IMG/VR virus record: IMGVR_UViG_3300028840_002104
Span: 21,819-85,818 of that record
DNA: 64,000 nucleotides
Direction: 5' to 3' (one strand)
Origin: a virus
This document shows positions 37,351 to 45,962 of the stretch, piece by piece. The translations under genes were made by a program, and so were the position numbers. The notes under the pieces are model-generated. The model did not search any database and was not told where the DNA came from. It saw nothing but the letters and a program-made list of their open reading frames with translations. Position 1 is the stretch's first letter. Each line of letters opens with the position of its first letter.

Positions 37351-37375
37351 ACCTCCTATTTTAGAAGGGAATATC

Positions 37376-37654
37376 ATGGCTGCGAAAGCGGGTCTGAAAG
37401 CTAAAGAACACCTGTGGCGGCATAACTACAGGAAGCTTAGCCCTCGTGAGCAGAGGGAAGGGCAGCCTCCGTTCATTGAATGTTTTCTCTGCGGGAGTTA
37501 TACTTCTGTTCAGGGTAGAGAATGGGTTCAGATGGCCTCTTTGTCTCCTCGGATGTTGAAGAAAGAGGGTCTAGATGGGTTTCCTCAGACTCACCTTTTG
37601 GTCTGTCGTCTCTGCGAGAGGGATCTTTTGAGATTGGAGAAGTCCTTTGCCTAG
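37376..37654 (+). CDS. Hypothetical Zn-finger protein
   Basis: CFLC...CRLC. Confidence 0.5.
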   Translation: MAAKAGLKAKEHLWRHNYRKLSPREQREGQPPFIECFLCGSYTSVQGREWVQMASLSPRMLKKEGLDGFPQTHLLVCRLCERDLLRLEKSFA

Positions 37655-37669
37655 AATCAGGAGAATCTC

Positions 37670-37924
37670 ATGAACATTGAAAGCTTGAAAGATGCAGAAG
37701 CTCATGTGAGGGTTGCTCAAAACATTCTTACGGCTCAAAGGAAAAAGTGTCCCGATGATGGGCCTTACGAAGATTTAGACAAGGGAATTAAAGCCTGTTC
37801 TTGGGTCCTTTCGTCTCTTGAGGATGTGCTTAACGATTTTCCTCGCAAGTACACGTGCTCTGTTTGTGGCGCTATCTTTGAGCCCTCTTGTCCTGTTTGC
37901 GCGATGTATTTGGACGAAGGTTAG
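37670..37924 (+). CDS. Hypothetical Zn-ribbon protein
   Basis: CSVC...CPVC; SD AGGAG. Confidence 0.55.
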   Translation: MNIESLKDAEAHVRVAQNILTAQRKKCPDDGPYEDLDKGIKACSWVLSSLEDVLNDFPRKYTCSVCGAIFEPSCPVCAMYLDEG

Positions 37925-37934
37925 GAGGTCTCTG

Positions 37935-39236
37935 TTGCCTAGAATCTTCTATGCGGGAACTGATGAAGATGAATTCTACAACCTATCATGCGAGCAAGGC
38001 GTTGATGCACAGCTTGTCTCTTTCTACAAAATGCGGAAATGGCCTGCCCTACTCCGCAAGCGGAAAGAAGAGCATCCAGAGGTAGACTTCTTTGTTGATT
38101 CGGGGGCCTACACGTTTCAGCGAGAAAAGGGTCAAGAGCTTACCCTTGATGATTACGAGCTTTACGCGGAAGAGTACACCAAGTATCTAGAGACAAACAT
38201 TGACTGTATATTTGCTGCGGCAGAGCTGGATGTTGAACAGGTTGTAGGGCTGGAGAGAGTGTATAGATGGCAGCGGGAATTGTTTGCTCCTCTTGAGGAT
38301 CGCATCCCCATTGTGTATGTCTGGCATCCTTTTCGCGGTCCAGATGGCTGGACAGAGATGTGCAAGCAGCATGAGTATGTGGGCTTCTCCCGCGACGTCT
38401 CGCATGAAGAGCGCGTGAGACTGCTTGCCACAGCGCGGAAATATCTGACCAAGGTCCATGGCTTTGGTATCACTGACTCCACCTCTCTGAGAACGCTGAA
38501 TTGCTATTCCGTGGACTCTCTGACGTGGAAGACTTGTGAGATGTATGGCACTACCTACTATTGGGACGGTTCTACGCTGAAGGTCTTCGATAAGACGCAG
38601 AAAGATCAGAGGCGCAGGTTCAGAGGCCAGTTTGAGACTCTAGGACTTGACTGGGCGGCCATTGAGAATGATGAAAGGCGAGAGATCACTAGAGCTTCCC
38701 TGATGGCCTTTCGTCTCATGGAATTCGCGATGGAGAGGCGGGCGGTCATGGTCCCCTTCTGGGAGTATCGAGTCCCTCCAAGAGAGCTGAGCCCTGAAGA
38801 CATCTCGAAGTGGGCAGAGAAGTTTGGCTGGAAGAATGCTGAGTTTGATGATTCTGAAGAGGACAAGTTCTATGTGAGTCTTGTCCAGGCTGTGCAGAAC
38901 AACTGGGGACTTGAAGACTATGATCCAGAGGATCTGGCAGAAGGTCTTGGCTGGCTTCTGAAGAGTCACGGGAAAGTCACGAGTGATCCTCACGACGCGG
39001 CGATTTATGACAAGATTCGGGTGAAGATGAATGATTGCTTGGTGCCGAAGAAGACATTCGCGGTGCCGAGGACTTCAAATGAGGTATTTCTAGACAGGTT
39101 CCCAAAGCCTAGAGCAAGGTCTTTAGAACCTACTGACTACAATACTTTGGACTGGCGAGAAGTGGATAAGAACATGGCTGCGGCGCTAGATGCAGGTGTC
39201 CGCGAAACGATGGAGGATTCTGATGGGCTTTTCTGA
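37935..39236 (+). CDS. TGT/DpdA-fold transglycosylase-like protein (probable DNA 7-deazaguanine insertion)
   Basis: LVSF, FFVDSGAYTF, AELDV, YVWH, YVGFS, VHGFG, YSVDS.TW; TTG start after AGGAGG; near the que genes. Confidence 0.7.
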   Translation: MPRIFYAGTDEDEFYNLSCEQGVDAQLVSFYKMRKWPALLRKRKEEHPEVDFFVDSGAYTFQREKGQELTLDDYELYAEEYTKYLETNIDCIFAAAELDVEQVVGLERVYRWQRELFAPLEDRIPIVYVWHPFRGPDGWTEMCKQHEYVGFSRDVSHEERVRLLATARKYLTKVHGFGITDSTSLRTLNCYSVDSLTWKTCEMYGTTYYWDGSTLKVFDKTQKDQRRRFRGQFETLGLDWAAIENDERREITRASLMAFRLMEFAMERRAVMVPFWEYRVPPRELSPEDISKWAEKFGWKNAEFDDSEEDKFYVSLVQAVQNNWGLEDYDPEDLAEGLGWLLKSHGKVTSDPHDAAIYDKIRVKMNDCLVPKKTFAVPRTSNEVFLDRFPKPRARSLEPTDYNTLDWREVDKNMAAALDAGVRETMEDSDGLF

Positions 39237-39966
39237 CATGCTTGAAGACTTTCTTGAGGAAGAGGCTGACAGTAAGTTTGGTAAGCTTCTCCAGAAGTTT
39301 GCTAAGAAGCTTTGGAAGAAGTACTTCAATGATGATGGGGATGAAGATGAGCAGCCTGAAGTGCCTGGTGAGGAGTTTCACGTTCCTCGGTTCTTGCGCG
39401 TGGTTCCTCTGACTAAGGCTCCGTCTGAAGGCTCTGGCTTTGCTGTCTGTACGGAGAACTACATGGCCTACTACATACCAACGTACAAAGACAGAGGCGG
39501 TTCCATTTGCTTCATCCACGTGGAGATCCACGGTGAAGATGGCTCTGTGGAGAAGGTTCACTACAACAATATGGAGCCCAGAAACCAGTATCGAAAGGGC
39601 AAGGCGCATACAGGTTGTCCAGGTGGCGCGAAGAACTGGACAGACAATGGGGATCATCCTGGTGAGAAGAAGTCATACCTCTACACGACGGCATATCCAG
39701 ACAAAGAGGCCGGTGCTGACGGAACTAGAAGAGGCTATGCTTTCGTCCCATTCTCCAAGCCTGGTAGATACGACGTGAAGATCAGATACCGCCCGACTGG
39801 GAATAGAACCTTTCAAGGCTTTGTGGTCCTCTACTCCAAGAAGATCCGAAATGGCCAAGAAGAATGGGCGGCACACTGTTACTCTTGGAACCAGAGAGGC
39901 GACGGAATTCACAGAACGGTTACGTTGGCCGAAGGTTTCCGCTTCTTCGAGGAGATAAGTCAATGA
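39223..39966 (+). CDS. Hypothetical protein
   Basis: SD GGAGG; beta-sandwich-like C-terminus (PGRYDVKIRY). Confidence 0.55.
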   Translation: MGFSDMLEDFLEEEADSKFGKLLQKFAKKLWKKYFNDDGDEDEQPEVPGEEFHVPRFLRVVPLTKAPSEGSGFAVCTENYMAYYIPTYKDRGGSICFIHVEIHGEDGSVEKVHYNNMEPRNQYRKGKAHTGCPGGAKNWTDNGDHPGEKKSYLYTTAYPDKEAGADGTRRGYAFVPFSKPGRYDVKIRYRPTGNRTFQGFVVLYSKKIRNGQEEWAAHCYSWNQRGDGIHRTVTLAEGFRFFEEISQ

Positions 39967-40748
39967 TTGTCGTGTCAGATCTGCACTTTCAGCCGTTCAA
40001 GAGAGCTTCGGAACAATCTCCTTTGCTTGAGCCTTTCTTTACCTATGTGTGTGGCAGAGACGAGCTGCTTATCTTGGATGGCGACACCTTTGATTGCTTT
40101 CCATACACCTTCTTGATGGCTCTAGAGATGTTTGGTCATTGGTTTGAGGATGTGGCTTTGAGTGGTGGTCTCATCGTTATTGAAGGCAATCACGACTACG
40201 GCATCAAGAGTATAGCTTCTTCTTTGGAGCTATCTGTCTGTTCCCAGGGAGGCTTAGAGATCCAGGATTGTAAAGGCAGGCTGTGGATGATAAAGCATGG
40301 TCATACCCTTGATTCTGTGTGGGGAAAAGAAGGTGTGTTTGACTCAGAGCAACCGAAGAAGGTCAAGTTCGGAAGAGCTTTTTTGGCTGTTTCGATTCTG
40401 CTTGAGCGAGCTATCCCGTCTTCGGATGATCGTCTTCTGGCGGCGGGGAGAAAGGTCTATCGTGCTCTGTGTCCAAAAGGTGAGGAGGTCCAGACAGAGA
40501 TCTATAGACAAGATGCTCTCAGGCATTTCTCTAGAGGCTTTCACGGATATCATTACGCCCACACTCATGATCTACACCATGAAACGGTGAGCGTTGGCGA
40601 TAGACGAGCAGTGATCCTAAACGCGAAAGACTGGACAAGTGGCTCTGAGTCCGTGTACTTTTCGCGGCTAGAAGAAGACGCAATCTACGAGTTTACCGAG
40701 GATGGTCCTCGGCTACATTGGCAGGCTGGTCAGTCAGAAACCGCCTAG
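39963..40748 (+). CDS. Calcineurin-like metallophosphoesterase
   Basis: VVSDLH, DGDTFD, EGNHD, HGH, AHTH. Confidence 0.88.
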   Translation: MIVVSDLHFQPFKRASEQSPLLEPFFTYVCGRDELLILDGDTFDCFPYTFLMALEMFGHWFEDVALSGGLIVIEGNHDYGIKSIASSLELSVCSQGGLEIQDCKGRLWMIKHGHTLDSVWGKEGVFDSEQPKKVKFGRAFLAVSILLERAIPSSDDRLLAAGRKVYRALCPKGEEVQTEIYRQDALRHFSRGFHGYHYAHTHDLHHETVSVGDRRAVILNAKDWTSGSESVYFSRLEEDAIYEFTEDGPRLHWQAGQSETA

Positions 40749-40965
40749 CAGAAGGAGGTGAGGTGAAAAGAGTGCTCAAAGTCAATCGACCCTTTGAGAG
40801 AAGACGTAATGGCAAGGATATGTCCGTTTCCTTGGACAGAATCCGGAGAGTGCAGGCCATACGTCCAGGTCTTGGCCCAGAGCTGGAGCACAGACTGCGT
40901 GAGGAGGGCAGAATTGTTGGCCGCAGTGTCTGAGCCAAGAGAATGTCAGAATGAAAGGATGAACG

Positions 40966-41166
40966 ATGGATGAAGTTAGATTTCCTGATGTGACTGTTCG
41001 ATTGGTGGGCGAATCTGGTAACGCTTTCGTCATCATGGGAAAAGTGATAAGCGCTCTGAAAAGAGCGGGTCACGCTGACGCGGTAGATGAGTACACCGCT
41101 GAGGCTGAGTCAGGAGATTATGACAACCTGCTTACTGTCACGATGAGGTGGGTTAACGTAGAATAG
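40966..41166 (+). CDS. Small conserved phage protein
   Basis: VRLVG..GNAF.IMG.V..AL..AG.........SGDYD.LL. Confidence 0.65.
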   Translation: MDEVRFPDVTVRLVGESGNAFVIMGKVISALKRAGHADAVDEYTAEAESGDYDNLLTVTMRWVNVE

Positions 41167-41178
41167 GAGGTTGCCAGT

Positions 41179-41529
41179 ATGCGTGGTGAGAGAGAGGACG
41201 ACGGCTTTGCAACAGGCGTTGTTGTCGTGATTTTGATTGTTGTGATCGGAGTAGCTCTTTTTGGAAGCGGTTATTGGTTAGCAGCAAGGCACTATAATCG
41301 AAGTCTGGATAAGATCAGAGCTTGGTATCTTGCAGACCTCAACAAGACTCCTATGAGAGTCCTAATGCCGGAAGATCTAGACGTGGACGATCAGATCAGA
41401 TTGGCCACAGCCATTCTCAACAGCGCACTTCAAGTTCAAGGATCTGTGGTTGATGTCACGGTCACGCCTCCAGAGATTGTGCGAGGTGTTGAAAAAGTAG
41501 AAGCTGCGGCGAAAGGGATGGTAGAATGA
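41179..41529 (+). CDS. Membrane protein
   Basis: SD AGGAGG; one N-terminal TM helix. Confidence 0.6.
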   Translation: MRGEREDDGFATGVVVVILIVVIGVALFGSGYWLAARHYNRSLDKIRAWYLADLNKTPMRVLMPEDLDVDDQIRLATAILNSALQVQGSVVDVTVTPPEIVRGVEKVEAAAKGMVE

Positions 41530-41840
41530 AGACAAAGACAACGTTGATCGGACCAAACGATGGCCTACCTACCTGGGTTACGTTCAAAACGCTTTCGGGT
41601 AGAGAGATCGAAACCATCGGTCCCGCAGGAGAGATCAAGCTCCAGGAGGAAGATCGAACCTTTGTTCGTTGTCGCGGAGAAAAGGTCATGCAGGTTCTTC
41701 AGATAGATGAAGACAAGGTGACTTATGAAGACCTTTTCAAGGAAGCGAAGCGGCAAAACCTGAAGTGGATTGTCTTTGGCAATCCTGCGGCGGTCCCAAG
41801 AGCAGGAGAAATCAAGATACTGGAACTGATAGAAGAGTGA
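41526..41840 (+). CDS. Hypothetical protein
   Basis: ATGA overlap. Confidence 0.55.
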   Translation: MKTKTTLIGPNDGLPTWVTFKTLSGREIETIGPAGEIKLQEEDRTFVRCRGEKVMQVLQIDEDKVTYEDLFKEAKRQNLKWIVFGNPAAVPRAGEIKILELIEE

Positions 41841-41932
41841 CACCTCCTCCCCTTACCGGGGAGCCCGGCGAGACCGGCAATCTGGAATTGTGCTTGCGTG
41901 GTTTTGGATTGCTGGTCTCTTTTTATTCTGAG

Positions 41933-41948
41933 AAGCTTCGCGAAGCTT
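41933..41948. repeat. Perfect 16-bp palindrome
   Basis: AAGCTTCGCGAAGCTT abutting the tandem repeat. Confidence 0.8.
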
Positions 41949-42118
41949 TGGCCTGTGGCTGGCCTGTGTCAGGCCCTGGCAGGCCCTGTGGCCTGTGGCT
42001 GGCCTGTGTCAGGCCCTGGCAGGCCCTGTGGCCTGTGGCTGGCCTGTGTCAGGCCCTGGCAGGCCCTGTGGCCTGTGGCTGGCCTGTGTCAGGCCCTGGC
42101 AGGCCCTGTGGCCTGTGG
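41949..42118. repeat. Perfect 40-bp tandem repeat, 4.25 copies
   Basis: Unit TGGCCTGTGGCTGGCCTGTGTCAGGCCCTGGCAGGCCCTG, four GGCC per unit. Confidence 0.95.
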
Positions 42119-42243
42119 TTACTCTTGTAACCTGACTACGTTTGTTACTATTCCCAGATTTTGCCTAAAATGCTTAAATACGAGACTTACGCCGATTTGA
42201 CCTGTTTTGACAGTAATGATTATGTCTAGTGACAGTACCCCTA

Positions 42244-42272
42244 TTGACAAATATGCATATACTCTGTATAAT
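42244..42272 (+). promoter_or_regulatory. Perfect-consensus sigma70 promoter (probable early promoter)
   Basis: TTGACA-N17-TATAAT. Confidence 0.9.
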
Positions 42273-42279
42273 GTGGTAT

Positions 42280-42648
42280 GCTGTCACTATGACAGAACAC
42301 AGTATTACACTGTGTTAACATTCTTTCACAACATAGGCCACAATGGCCAATCCTCATGATCTCTGGTCATGCTACTGCTAAACCAGTAAAGTCCAGTATG
42401 ACATGAGATGATAGGTTAGGCTTCCCTCTGTCTACTTTCTGAGGTATCCTCCGGTTCTCCCACAGGTACACAGATACCTAAGTAAGCACACCAGAGCAAA
42501 ACGTTGTCCTTGACGTTGAGAGTAGACTCCTAACACGGATCTTTGACAATTTTGAGTAGTGAGACTGAACCTATACTGTGGTGTATGGCAAGATACACAC
42601 GCGGTTGAAGCTAAGGTAAAGGAACTACATGGTGGTGTATATCCACTA
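42280..42648 (+). ncRNA. Long structured leader or ncRNA candidate
   Basis: Stems AACACAGT/ACTGTGTT, GTCTACTTTC/GAGAGTAGAC, AGGTATC/GATACCT, GTGTAT/ATACAC; no SD-led ORF. Confidence 0.4.
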
Positions 42649-43120
42649 GTTGACACCAGACCAGCCCACTCTTTTGAAGGAGGTTGGTCATGGCTAGAAC
42701 CTTTTCACAATTGCTTGACAGTGAAAAAACGGCTTTTCTTGAGAAAGCTTACCGTTCTAAGGATAGAGTTCTTGACCCGCAAGATTACGCACAGGCTATG
42801 TATGTTCAGGATGCCGTCAACATGAATGGCGTGGTGGCATCCTTGGCAGAGCTTATGCCTAAGATTCGTGAGGAAGCGTCGGTCAGAGCGGAAGTCTTCA
42901 CACTAACCTTAGGTGATGATGATGTTTATGGATTTCCCATAACTGAATTCATTAACAGGCATCCGATAGTGAGACTCTTCGCGGAGACCCTGTACCAAAA
43001 AAGTCACTTTCCGATGGGCGATAATTATCACTTCGCATATGAGATCTGCTCGGAACGAATGAAAGAAAGTTCCTAGCTAGTGAGATTGAAGGAGAAAGAG
43101 TGGGCTGTTCTGGTGTCAAC
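42649..43120 (+). repeat. Cassette 1 inverted repeat (42649-42674 / 43095-43120)
   Basis: GTTGACACCAGACCAGCCCACTCTTT / AAAGAGTGGGCTGTTCTGGTGTCAAC; 26 nt, 1 C-U. Confidence 0.9.
42690..43076 (+). CDS. Hypothetical early protein (cassette 1)
   Basis: AGGAGGTTGGTC-ATG. Confidence 0.7.
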   Translation: MARTFSQLLDSEKTAFLEKAYRSKDRVLDPQDYAQAMYVQDAVNMNGVVASLAELMPKIREEASVRAEVFTLTLGDDDVYGFPITEFINRHPIVRLFAETLYQKSHFPMGDNYHFAYEICSERMKESS

Positions 43121-43121
43121 A

Positions 43122-43961
43122 TGCGTCAGTATCCAATCGGCCCGCCCTCTCAAAGGAGGTTGGTCATGGATACTAACAGACTTATCGCTCTGGTAGAGAC
43201 AGTCGAGGATATTCCTGATTGTTGGTTTGACTCTAATGAGTATGTATCCAGCAAGCAGGCAGACAACTTCTTCGCCCTTAACTCGGAGAGTAAGATTGTC
43301 AACGGTGACCAGTTCTTTGTCACCGCTTGTCAAGTCGAGGATGTTCTCAGAGATAAGGCTCCTCATTTGGTTGAAAGCTTTCACCAGTTGATGCTTTACC
43401 TGGAAGATCGTGTCGTTGATGCGGTTGATACAGCAGAAGCTAATGCTGAAGAAGCCGACGATAAGACATATCAACGGAACAATTATCGAGAGATGGCAGA
43501 TTTAGGTGAGTACTTGCAAGAAAGGTACGATGAGCTGGAAGGCGAGTGTGCAGAGCTGGAAGAGGAGAACAAAGATCTTCGAGAACAGCTTGAGATGGAG
43601 GAAAGAGTTTCGCACAGAGACTCTGAGACCTTCAAGGTGCTGAAGAAAACAGGTGCCTGTTGGGAAGGCATAATGTTTGCCGATGGGTACTCAGATCCCA
43701 ACGAAGCATGGAAAGCCTGCGAGAATCCAGACTGGATGGATTGGTTTTTACAGGTCGTTATGCTTGACGGCAGTTCTGTGAAAAGAAGCTCGGATTATGA
43801 AGTCTTCAAGGTGGGCTATGACAAGCTTATCCGCTTTGGTGGCGTGACTCAGAAGCAGAAACTTGAGTATATCAGGGAATGTTTTCCGAACGTTCCAGAT
43901 TTCTCTCATTTGCTGAAGTGAGAGAATAGGTCAGAGGGCGTGCCGCTTGGATACTGACGTA
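43122..43961 (+). repeat. Cassette 2 inverted repeat (43122-43150 / 43933-43961)
   Basis: TGCGTCAGTATCCAATCGGCCCGCCCTCT / AGAGGGCGTGCCGCTTGGATACTGACGTA; 29 nt, 1 G-U, 2 C-U. Confidence 0.9.
43166..43921 (+). CDS. Hypothetical acidic early protein (cassette 2)
   Basis: AGGAGGTTGGTC-ATG; coiled coil, then L...GAC.EG...AW..C..PDWM.W.L motif. Confidence 0.7.
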   Translation: MDTNRLIALVETVEDIPDCWFDSNEYVSSKQADNFFALNSESKIVNGDQFFVTACQVEDVLRDKAPHLVESFHQLMLYLEDRVVDAVDTAEANAEEADDKTYQRNNYREMADLGEYLQERYDELEGECAELEEENKDLREQLEMEERVSHRDSETFKVLKKTGACWEGIMFADGYSDPNEAWKACENPDWMDWFLQVVMLDGSSVKRSSDYEVFKVGYDKLIRFGGVTQKQKLEYIRECFPNVPDFSHLLK

Positions 43962-44798
43962 CTCTCAGCCTTGGAAATGGCGGTCAATAGGCACAGGTTT
44001 GATCTCAACTAGAAAGGTTGGAACTATGCCTAGAAAGAAAAACGTAAAGACTACGCCCCAAACCGAAACCAAGAAGGAAACCTCGACCAAAAAGAGGCGT
44101 CCTCGCAAGACTCCGGCTGATGTAAAGGAAGATCCTAAAAAGGCTGCAAAGGCAAAGCCTGAAGACTCCAAGAAGGCGAAGCCTGAAGATGCCAAGGATA
44201 AGCCTGCCATCAGCTACGAACCCAAAGAGGTTCACATGGTTGGAGCCAAGAAAAGCCCTTGGGCTGCTCTGTGGTTCTACGCGAAGTCTCACGTGATGGT
44301 CTGCTCAGGATTTCCAATGCCCTGGTGGACTGAAAAGAGGCCCAACACGCTAGAGTCGGAAGTCAATCTTCTCTCAGGCACTCTTGACCAGATTGTGACA
44401 TTGAGAATTCAATGGCATATGTTTGGAAACAAGGTAACCACGTATCTGCAAGCCAATGTCAGAGACGGTGCAGGCAAGCCCGAGCTTTTGGCTAAGGCGG
44501 CGGAACCTGTGAGTGCGATGGACACGGCAAAGGCTATTCCTGTTCTTCTTAAGATGGGAGAAGAGGCGGGCTTCAAGATCTCTGAGATCAAGAAAGGCGT
44601 TGAAAGGCTCGATAAGATCCGCGAGCGATTGGATTTGATCCTGATGAACGCTCAGCCGCTCATCTCTATGCAAAAGCTCCTAAGAGCCAAGCAAGATCCT
44701 TACATGGAGATTGCTGAAGAGGAGAAAGAGAGCGCCTAGCGTGATTAGGACTAATTGACCAACAGTAGCTTATTGATCGCCATTTCCACGGCTGAGAG
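43962..44798 (+). repeat. Cassette 3 inverted repeat (43962-43992 / 44768-44798)
   Basis: CTCTCAGCCTTGGAAATGGCGGTCAATAGGC / GCTTATTGATCGCCATTTCCACGGCTGAGAG; 31 nt, 2 G-U, 1 C-U. Confidence 0.9.
44026..44739 (+). CDS. Hypothetical early protein with Lys-rich N-terminus (cassette 3)
   Basis: SD AGAAAGG; KKAKPED repeats. Confidence 0.7.
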   Translation: MPRKKNVKTTPQTETKKETSTKKRRPRKTPADVKEDPKKAAKAKPEDSKKAKPEDAKDKPAISYEPKEVHMVGAKKSPWAALWFYAKSHVMVCSGFPMPWWTEKRPNTLESEVNLLSGTLDQIVTLRIQWHMFGNKVTTYLQANVRDGAGKPELLAKAAEPVSAMDTAKAIPVLLKMGEEAGFKISEIKKGVERLDKIRERLDLILMNAQPLISMQKLLRAKQDPYMEIAEEEKESA

Positions 44799-44850
44799 AG
44801 CAACTAGCCTTGACCTAGCCGCCTTTCACTGAATGAATGGAGGTTCGGTC

Positions 44851-45270
44851 ATGGAAGCTGCAACAGATACGACGAAGATTCGTCTTGAGAATGACAATTT
44901 GAGGAAACGCTGTGAGGATATGGGCGTTGTCCTATCCTTAGCCGCCTCAATTGCCGACAAGAGGCACCACGACGGAGAAGGCTTTCTGGGCCTTGTCCTG
45001 CGAGAGGTGTCAGAGACAGGCTTGAAAGACGTTTTGGTACTCACTCGCGGAATATGTTTCTTCTGTGAGGATCATCCCCAAAGGGTTGTAGGCTTGATCC
45101 ATGAAGTAGCGAATTACAGCGACTTCTCGGAAAGCATTGATCCTTACGGAGAGCATGAGATGGGCGTGTTCGAGTGGTATGGTCGGAAATGCTTCTGGAA
45201 GGTAGACTTTCAGGGTGGGCATGATGGCATCAACCGAATACTTACCATCCTATTCGCAGAGGAGTACTAG
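44851..45270 (+). CDS. DUF3768-like protein (cassette 4)
   Basis: ND.LR, V.TRGI, DF....DPYGEH..G.F......FWK.D, R.LTI..AEEY. Confidence 0.75.
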   Translation: MEAATDTTKIRLENDNLRKRCEDMGVVLSLAASIADKRHHDGEGFLGLVLREVSETGLKDVLVLTRGICFFCEDHPQRVVGLIHEVANYSDFSESIDPYGEHEMGVFEWYGRKCFWKVDFQGGHDGINRILTILFAEEY

Positions 45271-45271
45271 A

Positions 45272-45505
45272 ATGGCGTGGAAAAGCGATCATCCCCTGTT
45301 TAGAAGTCTCACAGATGAAGAAGAGTTGGAAATGAGAGTTTGGGCGCGTGACAATTACGAGCTGCTATCTGAGATTAACGCTCTTTGGCATCCTGTAGTC
45401 CGAGAAGAGTGTAATCGGATGAACGATGAACATCTCAGAGATAGCACTAATTCGTTTCTGGCACAGATTGAATACATAGCCAATGAAGCGAGAGAAGAAG
45501 CCTGA
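45272..45505 (+). CDS. Small hypothetical protein (cassette 4)
   Basis: SD GAGGAG; LFR.L...EE...R.WAR.NY......WHPVVR.EC..MN. Confidence 0.65.
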   Translation: MAWKSDHPLFRSLTDEEELEMRVWARDNYELLSEINALWHPVVREECNRMNDEHLRDSTNSFLAQIEYIANEAREEA

Positions 45506-45548
45506 GTGAAGGAATGGTGAAGGGCGGCTAGTTCAAGGCTAGTTGTGG

Positions 45549-45962
45549 CAAGATTAGGTCCGATCTGGCCTGCCTCTAGATTGGAGGTTTGGTCATGAGC
45601 ATGACAGTATTCGATTGTCGAATGAGTCCAGTTTTCCGTCTTCCATTGGAACAAGCTCCTGGCGCGGAAGAAGCGATAGAGAGGCTTGACCTTGAGGATG
45701 ATTGTATGGTTGATTTCGATGAGATTGTCTGCGGTTGGGCTGAACACAACGCGGAGCTTGAAAAGTGGCTCCATGATTGGTGGCGTGCCGATGAGGTTAT
45801 CTCTGACGGTCAAATCGTCGAAATCAAAGGCCGTAGGTATGTGGAAATTGCCATGGGCATTGTTCAGATTCCGCCCTGGCGTCCAGATATCGCGAAAGCC
45901 TTGAGGTTGAAGGCCCCTAACTGACAGTATGAAGGAGGCAGGCCAGCTCGGATCTAATCTTG
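45549..45962 (+). repeat. Cassette 5 inverted repeat (45549-45576 / 45935-45962)
   Basis: CAAGATTAGGTCCGATCTGGCCTGCCTC / GAGGCAGGCCAGCTCGGATCTAATCTTG; 28 nt, 1 G-U, 1 C-U. Confidence 0.9.
45595..45924 (+). CDS. Hypothetical early protein (cassette 5)
   Basis: GGAGGTTTGGTC-ATG. Confidence 0.7.
   Translation: MSMTVFDCRMSPVFRLPLEQAPGAEEAIERLDLEDDCMVDFDEIVCGWAEHNAELEKWLHDWWRADEVISDGQIVEIKGRRYVEIAMGIVQIPPWRPDIAKALRLKAPN

Larger units (their letters stand above)
44801..45545 (+). repeat. Cassette 4 inverted repeat (44801-44829 / 45517-45545)
   Basis: CAACTAGCCTTGACCTAGCCGCCTTTCAC / GTGAAGGGCGGCTAGTTCAAGGCTAGTTG; 29 nt, 1 G-U, 1 C-U. Confidence 0.9.

Noticed and set aside
41949-42118. 40-bp repeat as a CRISPR array
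   Set aside because: Copies are head-to-tail with no spacers
41765-42200. ORFs 41765-42130 and 41898-42200
   Set aside because: Open only because the GC-rich tandem repeat has no stop codons; no SD
42326-42333. Self-target: TCACAACA is complementary to the first four NN of block 1 (TGTTGTGA)
   Set aside because: An 8-mer is expected about twice by chance on both strands of 64 kb, and the match does not extend
42559-42825. ORF 42559-42825
   Set aside because: No SD, and it overlaps the cassette-1 arm and a better-supported gene
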